From contig JBNZDD010013599.1 in assembly GCA_050575255.1 (NCBI GenBank), forward strand, positions 1,677,053 through 1,741,052: a DNA stretch of 64,000 nucleotides, written 5' to 3'. A model generated the notes under the pieces. The model did not search any database and was not told the origin of the DNA. It worked only from the letters and a program-made list of their open reading frames with translations. Of this stretch, positions 14,241 to 25,921 are shown piece by piece. Made by a program: the position numbers and the translations under genes. The stretch is from Harriotta raleighana. Its lineage: Eukaryota. The stretch's first letter is position 1. Each line of letters opens with the position of its first letter.

Positions 14241-14535
14241 GGAAAAGCCAATTTATTTAGTCGGTAGATGCTTTCTCTGTTTTGGCTTTTGTTGACACGT
14301 AACATAAGCGTCTCGGGAAGGCTGAGGCAGTTTACTCTTTGTTCCTATTCGTTAGGTGGTCGAGCAAAGGCCGAGGGCCTGATTCCTCAACGATTAATTC
14401 AGCTCGAAGCGGGCCGGAATGAATCTTTTTTGAAACTCTCATTAAATTGCCACCGTGAAAGAGAAAACATTCAAATATTCCTACAAAATTCCTGGATTAA
14501 CAGGGAACGGGTGACGGGGGGGGGGGGGGGGGGGG

Positions 14536-14661
14536 NNNNNNNNNNNNNNNNNNNNNNNNNNNNNNNNNNNNNNNNNNNNNNNNNNNNNNNNNNNNNNNNN
14601 NNNNNNNNNNNNNNNNNNNNNNNNNNNNNNNNNNNNNNNNNNNNNNNNNNNNNNNNNNNNN
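14536..14661. other. Assembly gap (126 N) flanked by poly-G
   Basis: Run of N seen directly. Confidence 0.99.
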
Positions 14662-14662
14662 A

Positions 14663-14714
<52 letters not shown>

Positions 14715-15239
14715 GCGCGAGAGGGGAAGCATAGAAGCAATATTGAACTTGGATGAAAATAGGTTCATCCTGAGCTTTCTATTTATTGTTGGTTCCGCTG
14801 AGTGATCCAGCAGATGTACGTGGAGGAGGGGACCTTGAGTTGATTATAACGCTTGACACTTGCTTCCTACTTTGGTCATCTCTTTGTTCCCTCTTTAGTT
14901 GCAAGAATTCTTCCCTAAGTCCCCATAGAGTGATTGATTTATTCACTTTTAATTTGTACCGCACGTTGACAACCACCATATCTTCCGAACCTGCTGTTGG
15001 GCTCTTGGCTTCTGCTGAAGAATCGGAATCAAGACGCCCATATGACTTTCAAGTGTCATTTGCTGGCCCCGGCAACACTTCCACTCTCTCCATTCAGTTG
15101 CTGATAAGTGGTATCTTATCTCAAATGAAACTTGAGCTGGCCCCTCCGTTGAATCAAGCTGATGAAGATGCTGCACTCGGCGAAATTGAATCACTTAGAC
15201 TAGATGGGTCCCAAGTTTGATCACTACTCCTTGTTTCTG

Positions 15240-15415
15240 TGCTAGAGTGCATAGGTGGGTTTTGAGTGAGGACAGGGTTAGGCTAGGATGTGCTGCCTCC
15301 CAGTTGTACAGCCTGCCAACACTTACTGTCTAGATTCACAGATGAAGTGAGGCCATGTAGGAAAGCCACCTGTCTCTGTGGAACTGTACTCTTGCGTGAA
15401 TCAATGCCTTCGGTT
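15240..15415 (+). mobile_element. Old SINE-like family 'X' 3' fragment
   Basis: gtgaggacagggttaggctaggatgtg...cagcctgccaacacttactgtctagattcacagatgaag...gtggaactgtac; reverse-complement similarity to 9630-9695 and 3160-3240. Confidence 0.55.
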
Positions 15416-15743
15416 TCACCAAATTGGTTTTGACGTGTTTTCTTTCTGTAGGCGTGCGACTAGGTGCACTGAAAGTTCAAGCGTGTACTCTCTGGTACCT
15501 CACACATTGGAGGTGGCACAAAGTCCCTTTATTTGTGTGTGTTTTAACAAATAAAATAAATCGGGACTCTTAAAAAGGTGTTACCAGAATCCATTGAATA
15601 ATTAGATTTTATTTGAAATGAAAGGGTGTGGAGATTCGAGCAACATTATCAATGAAATAAACTTGGGTAAAATAGTTGAGAATTACCGTGGATGAATTGA
15701 AAACAACTGAATAAACATAGCAGCCAATAAAAATAATTTGGAA

Positions 15744-16043
15744 CCCTGTAGCTCACTTTTAGAGCATTCGCCTTGCAAGTGAGAGATCTGGATTCGATTC
15801 CAGGCAGAGTGAAAACATGGGCAAGTTTCCTTACTCCACACGCCTGATAATAGACCCTCAAATAATAATAATAAAATTGTTCATCTCAATCCACGGCTGC
15901 TTGTGGGACACTGTTGTCCGCAATGGCTGCTGCGTTTTGCCTACAAAATGTAGTCAATTCACTTTACAGTATATTTTGTGAAACCCTTTGAGATGTCTGG
16001 AAGATGTGAAAATAACTACCAAATGCAAGGATTATGATTATTT
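15744..16043 (+). mobile_element. tRNA-derived SINE, full length
   Basis: ctgtagctcac..agagcattcgccttgcaagtgagagatctggattcgattccaggc...aaatgcaaggattatgattatt. Confidence 0.9.
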
Positions 16044-19000
16044 ATCATCAAGCCCTACCCTTAAAACTAGTTTAAGATTTTTTTTCAGTCTGATTTTTTA
16101 GCAGCCTGATTGTAGACAGTATATGAAATATTTTTTTAAAGTACATTTGGGTTTTAATAACCTCAGAATTATTCAACTACTTGAGAGATACATCAATGTT
16201 CATTTGCTGCACTTAATGACATGTTCTATTTGAATCAAGACTTTTGCTGTCTTTTTTTGCAACAAAGGGAAAGTGCATCATGAATCATCCATGGAGAACT
16301 ACGTTCTGTCGATTGCAATTAATAAAATGGATAAATGTGGGAAGTCATTCTTTGGCCAGATATTTTAATCCGTACAAAGGAATGTACGAGACAGGGAAAA
16401 GATACTGGTGTCCATCTGGAAAGCATTGCAATCCTGCTGGAGTAAAGCACTAGCATAGCTCAGACATAGATTTAGCTATGGGTTGGATGCAGTTTCATGT
16501 CATCAATTAACTAAATGCTACGGAGTTCACTCATGCTGCAAGTCTTATGCCCTCGAAGCGTCAGGAAGCATCTCGAAATCTTCAGCTAATTTGAATTTCA
16601 CCCAATAAAATAAGCTTGAAGGTAAAATTGAGGAGAAAGCGTTTATCACTCTACGATTGTAAGAAAATTATGGGGCAACTTCCTTCACCGAAGACGTTTC
16701 AAATTTCACANTCTTCAGCTAATTTGAATTTCACCCAATAAAATAAGCTTGAAGGTAAAATGAGGAGAAAGCGTTTATCACTCTACGATTGTAAGAAAAT
16801 TATGGAGCAACTTCCTTCACCGAAGACGTTTCAAATTTCACGGTAGAGACAGGAAAGTGTAACGGTAATATAACATCAGTAGTTATATTACAGCACAAAA
16901 GTATGGGTCAATGGTGAAAATCTATTCATGTTTTTTCTCCTCATGCTCTTCTGATGGCTGTCATTCATTCTCGCATCATACCTCATGATCCCGACCGTTG
17001 AGCTTGGTATGGTCACCATTGCTATACTGTATTGGTTGGTCAAATAGGATGTAAATGCGGATGGACTGGGCAAGTCAACTTTCTCTCTTCTGAGCTGGAA
17101 TGGTTTGCTCCCAAGTTGCTCTTGATAGTTAAGTGACTATTGTGAAATGTATTATTATTATTGCCAATTTAGGGCATCGAGTGCTTCAATAGAAGTGAGG
17201 GAGCACTTCAAGAAGTCCGATTTTAAGCCTGCGTTTATGGATCCGTGGAAATGAGTGCATTTGTGACGTGGGCGCAATCTGAAGATTCAGAGTTACAGTA
17301 ATGTTAAAACTCTNAAGTTGCTCTTGATAGTTAAGTGACTATTGTGAAATGTATTATTATTATTATTGCTAATTTAGGGCATCGAGTGCTTCAATAGAAG
17401 TGAGGGAGCACTTCAAGAAGTCCGATTTTAAGCCTGCGTTTATGGATCCGTGGAAATGAGTGCATTTGTGACGTGGGCGCAATCTGAAGATTCAGAGTTA
17501 CAGTAATGTTAAAACTCTGGTGGAAAATATGATACTATACAAATGCTAGTTCTTTATTTGCTTCCACTAGGGGAGCATGTAGACGTTGTCTCTCTCAGAT
17601 GTAAAAACATGACATTCCATCATAAAGAACAACTGTCACCATTTTTACATTCACTTTGTTTGTCNTGGTGGAAAATATGATACTATACAAATGCTAGTTC
17701 TTTATTTGCTTCCACCAGGGGAGCATGTAGACATTGTCTCTCTCAGATGTAAAAACATGATATTCCATCATAAAGAACAACTGTCACCATTTTTACATTC
17801 ACTTTGTTTGTTGTGTTGGGGGAATCCACGTGAAGGCAGATGAACTAATAAGGCAGAGTTGCTCACAGTCCAGATAATCTGTGTGTCCCATGTACTGGTT
17901 GTCTGTAAGGAGTAGATATTTTATTATGTTCGAGATGCAGAGAACTATTCATTTCATCGTTCATTCTGTGAAGAAAAGCCCACCTAGAAGCTTAAGTTCG
18001 AGCCAAATATTCCCATTTGTCAAAACAGATGCCATCAAAGCCTACCCATTAACCACAAGAATGAAAGTCTGCACTGCTTATCAGACTAGAGTGGGAGGTC
18101 TGCTCGTCGCTAGAGTAGGGTATTATCTGCAGGCAGGAATAGATAACCGAGGAATGAGGGAGGGTGTGTGAATGATGAGCTAAACAAAGCACAAGACTGA
18201 TCAGTAGAACAGTTGTCAGGGTTGTCTACATCTCTGGCTTGCAGCTTTCTTTATTGAATGGTCCCACTCTGTTGATGTCACTCAGAAACATCCTGTGTAG
18301 CATGCTTTGTGTCATTCTTACACTTGTTGCACTTTAGCTCAATTTTGTATTATGTCGCTCAATCCAATAATTGAAATGGATATTGATGGCCTAATAGGAA
18401 ATGGATTTATAATTTGTTGGTGTTCAGTAGATTTGTTTCAACTTGTTAAGGCCTGATTTTGTTTTAAAAAAGCACGGTTTTCATTTCTCTGTTCACATGC
18501 TTAAAATAACTGCAGTGCTATGTTCTTGAGAAACTAGTTCTATATTTAGTCACATGCTTTAAGTGCAATTGCTTCAGATCAAACACGTTAATATGTCAGT
18601 AAAAATAGGGTGCATTTGTTATCTTTTATAACTTTACAACTGCACTTATCTTGTATGACTTTCTGTTTATGAACATTAGTGATATTTAGGATTGTGTTCA
18701 AGGCTGTAACATAAATCTGTGGGGCTTGGATTATCTTCTTCATGTACATCGGTTATTTGAAGACTTATAATGTATCGCAGCCTTACTGAAATGCTCCCAG
18801 TCCATAATTTATCCCATCTTGGGGTGAAAAATGTGGTATGTATGATGTGATAATTATCACGGGTGATAATAGTTACACAACTAAAGTATCGTGTAGCACA
18901 ATTTCCTTTACTGACTAATTATATGAATCAGCTTCTTATCTAATAGTTGCTTGATTTTTTTGGTGCTTCATTGTTAAATTGTGTAAATTCATTTTTATAA

Positions 19001-20540
19001 CTACTTGGTACTGAGCCCATAATACTGTAATACATTCAAACCCTCCTGGTTTTATGAGCTTTGGAACAGGCACTTATAGTATGTTATCACTGCTGAAACA
19101 TAAAGTAATTTTACTATCACTCTAGCAAATAAGTGAGCCTAGTTTATAGCTGTTAGAGAACAATATAATCGAGTGAAGCTGGACCTGATGATGCGTATAT
19201 TCTGTACTAGACTAATGAGAGTGTAAATCCCTCCTCCTAGTCCCTTCCTATACAAATGACGAAAGCCTTTAACTAAGGTTTTCAGTATTGCTCTATCCCC
19301 CGCAATTCATCTACAGTTAGGACTTATGTTTTAGCCCTTTATTTTCAATATAAACTATTCCTGAAATGTGGGATTAGTCTTGCGACATTTGTCTAAGTGA
19401 CTGGCCTGCTGTAGAAGTTAAGTCGGCTTTTGTGTTCTGGCTGTGAGGTAATCACAATTACCCCCCCAATTTCCCTCCTACCACCCACACCACCACCCCC
19501 CCACCCCCCAACTCTCCCTACTGCATAGGTGACTTTCACTTCCTGTGTGTGATTTGTTTTTTTAAGCTACTTTTTTGGATTTCCCATCAGTGACAGGAAA
19601 CGAGCGTGGAACTTGTGAAAGGGAGGATGAGAAAGTGCTTTGCTCAAACCTGGTGTTTACAATAGCATAATCTGTAGGCTGCAGCTTTGAAACATAATGG
19701 AAAGATTAATTTTTTCGGAAGCTCGTTCGTTTTTTTGGGGGGTAAATCAGCCCACTTATTTGTTTTTTTAAAAAAAAGACACCTCAACAATAACTTGTGC
19801 GTCTCTCACCTTCATTTCTCACTTTTCCCCGATTGNTTGCTGCCCAGGCTCTCTCTCGGGTAGATACCCGACTCTCCAGATCTCCCCTCAGGCTATTCAC
19901 GTTCCACAGAGAGATGATGGGTGGGGTGGGGGGGGGGGATGGGGGTAGTGGGGCAGATGCAGTTAGCACTGACTTGTACAGTAGAGATCGGATGTATCTC
20001 TGATTGCAAAAAAGGGAAAACTTATCTGTGAGGAAATGCGGAAGATACAAAATTAGACGCCCGGTAACCCTCATCACACCTGGTACACTCCTATGGGAAC
20101 TGGGTGCTTTGCTGCTTTGATGTTTGTCCAGCCAATTAATGGACTACTGGTCAAAGACTTCCATCGGTTGAGGTCAGGCTCCTCTTTGGGGTGGGGAGGG
20201 GGGGGGCGAGCGTTGACATTCTGTGTCGCCCTGTGCCCTATTATTGACAAGATCACAGGAGAGGTTAGAGTGAAGGAAGACTGCTGGCTCATTTTGATCT
20301 CATCCTTCCAGAAAATCCAATCCTACTATGCTTCCGCCACAAGCTGCTTGTTTGAAGAGCCTTCCAGATGGACAAAGCGAGAGCTGTTGCTGGTGGGGGA
20401 GATGCAGTTGTGGCGTTTTCCTGCGCTATACGTATAATATTTAACCAATTTTGCCAGAGCATAATTAATCTCATTGTAGCCTTACTGTTCACATCAGATA
20501 AGGGAACTTAATCAGGTAAGATGCGCCTGTGGTAATCGTA

Positions 20541-20625
20541 ATAATAATAATAGTAATAATAATAATCCTTCCATTTCAATCTTGCATATTTGTAAGTCAT
20601 CAAAATGTCTCACAGGATTTTACAG
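20541..20625 (-). mobile_element. SINE 3' tail fragment
   Basis: (AAT)n followed by aatccttccattt, a degenerate reverse complement of the SINE tail. Confidence 0.55.
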
Positions 20626-21384
20626 TGAGGTGGAGTGACTGTGTGCTCGGAGGCAGACAGCTTTGTGTCAAGATCAAACAATGCCACACATTCGGGAATC
20701 ACTCTGGGTTTGAGGCTTTCCTGCGGGGTCTGTCGAGCGATCCCAGTTACCTGCTGGGTTGCTGCGTTCCTCCCTTTGGCTCTTGAAAACCCCTTTGTAC
20801 ACCTTTGGGGCAGGTCTCACTTCCTCTCCATTGACTGCTCTGCTTGTGTGATCGTGGGTGGGAAGACATGTATAGCCCAATCTGTTAGATTGGGAGGGGG
20901 GGGGGGTGTGTGTGGAGGGTGGGTCATCATTTGTCTGACACTCTGGCCTCCACAGCTGGCAATCATAGCTGCAGGTGTTTTATGCTGAGAAGTATCTCTG
21001 AAGGTGGATATCTCTCAGATGGTTTCTCTCCCCCAGCGCCTGATCGCTGGCTCAGCGTCAAGCACACCAGGACGTTCTCACCGTGAATACAGGGTATATT
21101 GTGCGATACCTCCCATGACGCCGCCACACTAGATCTAGTCTTGAGGACAGGAAGGAACCTGGTAGACATTTTTAACAGTTATTTATATTCCAAGGTGAAT
21201 GGGTTGGGTGAATCTGTGGACTCACACCAGATTGATGTTGGGCTGAAACTTAACTGGAGGCCAGGAATTCCAGATGCATAGCTAGTTTCCCACAGCTTTT
21301 CCAATTAAGATATTTTTGCCCTGTCCCTTTCCCCCCCCCCCCCCCCACCCACTGCCCTCCCCCCAGTCCCCAGAAATTTGCAGA

Positions 21385-21505
21385 AACTGTTTGGCCTACA
21401 AAATACGCAGTCAAGCCACCATAAGGAATGTATCCCGTGATGTGCTTTGAGACGTCCCAATGGCAGTGATAAGGTGCTGTATCAAATGCAAGGCTTATTA
21501 CTATA
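21385..21505 (+). mobile_element. SINE 3' fragment
   Basis: cctacaaaatacgcagtcaa...gtgctttgagacgtcc...gctgtatcaaatgcaaggcttattac. Confidence 0.7.
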
Positions 21506-24500
21506 TAACGATCATCTCAAATCTTTTAAGGCAATTAAAAATAAGAACGGGTGGAATTGCGGGCCTGTGATGTCTGGTTTAAAGCTTAGTCAGCCTCTCT
21601 TGATTACTAGGGGTGGAGCATTTGCCTCCCCTAACCTCCCTCCCCCAGGCTCCTGCAGCATAAGGCATCGGATCCCAGACTCTTTGACTAATACCGAGTT
21701 ACTTGTTGCAGGCCCTAATGATCTTGTCTAACACGATGCGGTGGAAGCTTTAGCCTGAGCTTCAAACAAGCCTGACGTTTGTCTAAGAAACTTCCCCAGT
21801 GATGTTATTTCCTTTGTGTGATGAACAGTAGTCATTTCAAATCCTCGCTCCTTGACAAGACAACTACATCATTGTTTTGGTACCAGTGATGTACTCGGAA
21901 ATAAAAGAGTCCTGGTCTTAACGCACACAAGATTTCAGGTCCCTTCTGCATCTTAAATTCATAGACTGTGACTTTAGTTCCCACTCAAAAAACACTGTCA
22001 TGGGAAACTAAAGCGTTGGAGGAAGTTCTGATTCCACTGAGGTTTGGGGCCGCAGCGAGCAATTGTTTTGCGCTTGTAGCCAATTTGAAAAGAAAAGAAC
22101 TTCCTATAATACGTGATAGGTTTCCCTAAGGTTGGCAGGGTTAGCTGTGAGCTGTGTAGCAGACAGATTTATTTCCTGGTCCTATTGCAAATCAGGAAAC
22201 CACTAGGTCATAAATTGACACACCCAGATCACACAGACTGTTGTTTGTTGAAATTTTTTTTGCAAAAGTGGGAGTGATTTTTTTTTCTCTCTCTCAATGC
22301 CCCACAGTCGGTTCGACACCTTTTGGAAGAAGGGACGCTCCTCTCTTCTTTTTTTTGTCCCGGGGACGTGAGCAAAACGAGAGAGGATTATTTCCTCGGC
22401 TCCCTTCGCCTTGTGGAAGATCACATTCTTTTGCAACGCTACGCACATTGAGACGTCGATTCGAACGGGTCCCAGCACCTGGAAACTGCCAACTCTGTTC
22501 AGGCAGGAGTTAGCTGCAAACAGGTTGAACGGCAGGGGGAGAGGTCAAATTTTGAATAACTACTTCTGTTGCAGAGCTCAGTGAAAGAATTCCCTGTGTC
22601 ATGAGGTCATAATGTCTGTCTTTACATCCTGACACGGTTTCTAAGGGGGATATTGTTCTGCGCTCGTTATTTGAAGTCCGTAGGGACTTGCATACTTACA
22701 GTAGCCTTGAACACATTTTGGGGGAAAATAACAGATGTTTCTTGATGCTTTCGAAAATTTTGACTTTGGATTAACTTCCCACATGCCTGTAACCGCAGCG
22801 TCACTTTTGTGTTAGTTCGTTGCAAACGTGAAATACATTTTTTTTTCCCCCGTTGGCAGCATCAATCAGAAGAGGCCATAATCCGAAAATACGTTTCTTG
22901 ATGAAGCCCACGCCTCCTTTCGTGTGTGCGTTCGAAACTTGCCCTCATTCCCGAAGTTTATCCTGAATGAGGCGTGGAAGCCTGGCAGTATTTTGTAACA
23001 GAAAGTTATTCAACCGCCTAAAAAAGACTAATTTCAACAGATTGGCAGGAAACTGATTTAAGACATAGTCCCAGACTACATCATTTTGTGCTCCCATTAC
23101 GATAAGTGCTCGCTATTTGACCCTTTGTTTGCTGGTATACAACATATATGCTCTGCGACAGCCAATTGATCAGTAGGGATTTTTTTCCTTGTACTTGCAT
23201 TAGTCAAGAATCCCTTAGCAGCTTAAACAATTCAAATTGTCTCAATACTCAGTCTAATTTGTGCATTAACTACAACAACCACCATAGATTGTATTTATAC
23301 AGCGCTTTTCACATCAGGATGACAAACAAGAAACTTGACCACACTTTGGTAGCTGTAAAACTAAAAGTAAATTGCACGTGAATCTTGTCGATAGACGTCC
23401 CAAGTAATTATTTGAAGGTTCTTTATCTTGATTTGTAAAGGCTTTCAACTATCATTCTACTCTAGGACTTCCACCTGGTTTGTTTAACAAACGCATTAAC
23501 TTGGGTTTGTTTCGAACAGAGCAAAACATCTTAAGTTTATTTTATCAGTTAGATTACATTTTGTCGGGATAGTTATAGGCTGTAGGAAGCTGGGCTGCCT
23601 GATAAGAGAAATTACACCCCAGGGTCAGATAGACAAAGCAAACAAATAATGCCTTTAAGGCTCGATCGAAATCAAACTTACAATTAGTTGCTAACTTTAT
23701 ATTGGGTTAAATCTTAAATCTTTGTGAGCTTGACTTGGTGGGCAGAGTTTATACCTGGTCTTCAGACAAACGTACTTTCTTTAGAAAAACATCTGTTTCA
23801 GTTTGATCAAATCCAGAGCTTCAGCGATATGTTAAAAACATCTGTTGCTCTACTGAAATATTCCAACTACTTCCTTTTAACTTCTAGTCAAACAACCTGT
23901 GATCTTCACATTCACACTTTATACACAAATATCAATTGAATCTAGTCACAACTTAAATTGATTGAGTTCGGATGATCTTAATCATTCTTGCATTTGATGA
24001 TCCTTGCATGTGGATTCCATGCTGAACAGATACTTCATATACTATATATAATAATCCTGAATAGTCCTATGATGCTGTTGAGACGTCCCAAAGCACTTGA
24101 CAGAATATATTGTAAAGGGGATTGACTGTATTTTCTGGGCGAAATGTANTGACAGAATATATTGTAAAGGGGATTGATTGTATTTTCTGGGCACGCGCCC
24201 ATGCAAAGACGACCCTTGCTTTATAAAGTTTGGGACGCATTTCCCCATCAGTTCAAAATAAAGTCTTGCCAATTTCTTTTGGATTAAGCCTGATGGAATG
24301 CGTAAAACGCTGAGCTTTTCATAACTTGGGACGTTTTAGTGGCCACCGTTCTTTCCTCTGTTATTTTTCTTAACGATACAGCATGCTTGTGTCTGGGAAT
24401 GCAGAGTGTTGCGCTCCAGTAAGTTTGGCACCTGGATTTTCCTGGCCCCACACTAGTCACACGTCCTTTCCCATCATCGTAACTGTGCATCTTCCCTGCG

Positions 24501-24611
24501 GTGACGAGCCTTCAGATCTCTCCTTCTTCTCGGCCGGTGATCAGTCGCATTTTTTTTCAAGCATATTCTGCGGGTTGGGGGGAGCGGGGGGGGGGGGGGA
24601 GTGTGGGAAAC

Positions 24612-24631
24612 NNNNNNNNNNNNNNNNNNNN
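24612..24631. other. Assembly gap (20 N)
   Basis: Run of N next to a G tract. Confidence 0.99.
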
Positions 24632-25473
24632 GCGTCTCTCCAGGTAATATTCTGTGTGGAAAGCGGGATAAAAGACGCTGGTTTTTTTTTGCTGCACTGG
24701 CCGGCGGGGGTGGGGGGGCTGGGGTTGGGGGGGTGGCCCTCAATGAAGCAATAACATTTGAATTTCAAATTGCAGAGAGGAAATGCATGTCCTCTTCAGG
24801 ATGTCATTCACACCCACAGGATCCACTTCTTTCTCCGCCCCCTTCCCCACTCTCCAGTGCAGAACAAGAGGCGACACTGACTAGCAATTGTATTTGGCCA
24901 GCAACGTCTAAAATCTCTTACAATGAGCAGAATGTGTTAACACGTTAGATCGTTTGTCTTGGGGAGTTGTTTTTTTTTGCGGGGGGGAGGGCAGGGGGGT
25001 TGGGGGGGTGGGGCTGGAATGGTTTAAAGAGCTCTGAGACCTTCTCCCATCGTGAAGTTGTTGTTGTTTGGCAGCTACACAAGATTTATCTATGAAATAT
25101 NCTGCCTGATAAGAGAAATTACACCCCAGGGTCAGATAGACAAAGCAAACAAATAATGCCTTTAAGGCTCGATCGAAATCAAACTTACAATTAGTTGCTA
25201 ACTTTATATTGGGTTAAATCTTAAATCTTTGTGANTGGGGGGGAGGGCGGGGGGGGGGGGGGGGTGGGGCTGGAATGGTTTAAAGAGCTCTGAGACCTTC
25301 TCCCAACGTGAAGTTGTTGTTGTTTGGCAGCTACACAAGATTTATCTATGAAATATTGTAGCATTGATAGTCATAAAGGTTGCTCCCTCCAATTTTTGTC
25401 CTGAAATCATTTGTTGGGTAGCGTCAACTTATTGGGTCTTTTCCAATAGCCTTCTGCTATTTTGTCAAGGGAA

Positions 25474-25478
<5 letters not shown>

Positions 25479-25505
<27 letters not shown>
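25479..25505. repeat. (TG)n microsatellite
   Basis: Seen directly; similar tracts lie near 1154, 50894 and 53103. Confidence 0.9.
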
Positions 25506-25510
<5 letters not shown>

Positions 25511-25620
25511 GTGGGTGGGGTGGGAAGACGGAGAGGTGTGGAGGTGAGGGAGAAAGGAAGTAATTAGTTTGTAAAAAAAAAGGTAAATAGTACTATTAAC
25601 AATGTTTTCTTCAAGTCTGA

Positions 25621-25921
25621 TAACAATAATAATCCTTGCATCTGATATAGCACTTTTCACGTCTTCTAGACGACTCAAAGCGCTTCACAGAATGTACTGT
25701 AAAGGGAATTGGCTGTATATTTGTGCGCAAAACGTGGCAGCCAATTGCGTACAGCAGTGTCCCACAAGCAATCGTGGATTGAAATTAGTTATTGTTATTT
25801 TTGTGAGGGATTATTATTAGGCATGTGCAGTAAGGAAACTTGCCCAAGTTTTCACTCTGCCTGGAATTGAACCCAGGTCTCTCGCCTGTAAAGGGGGGTG
25901 CTCTAAGCACTGAGCTACAGG
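25621..25921 (-). mobile_element. tRNA-derived SINE, full length, minus strand
   Basis: Starts with the reverse-complement tail aataataatccttgcatctgatatagcacttttcacgtcttctagacg and ends with the head ctctaagcactgagctacagg. Confidence 0.92.

Noticed and set aside
15153-15195. CTGATGA...GCTG-cact-CGGC-GAAA as a second hammerhead
   Set aside because: Four extra nucleotides separate the core from stem II, and no helix III, NUH triplet and helix I arrangement fits.
14786-15220. 144-aa ORF as an extra exon or gene
   Set aside because: TTG start, no KIF26 similarity and no clear splice boundaries.
18847-18860. Palindrome GTGATAATTATCAC, and the IR3 AGTTCAcagTGAACT at 34370-34384
   Set aside because: Arms of 6-7 bp are expected several times by chance in 64 kb.
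19180-19270. CTGATGA / TAATGAG ... GAAA as a hammerhead or C/D snoRNA
   Set aside because: No supporting helices and no properly spaced D box with a terminal stem.
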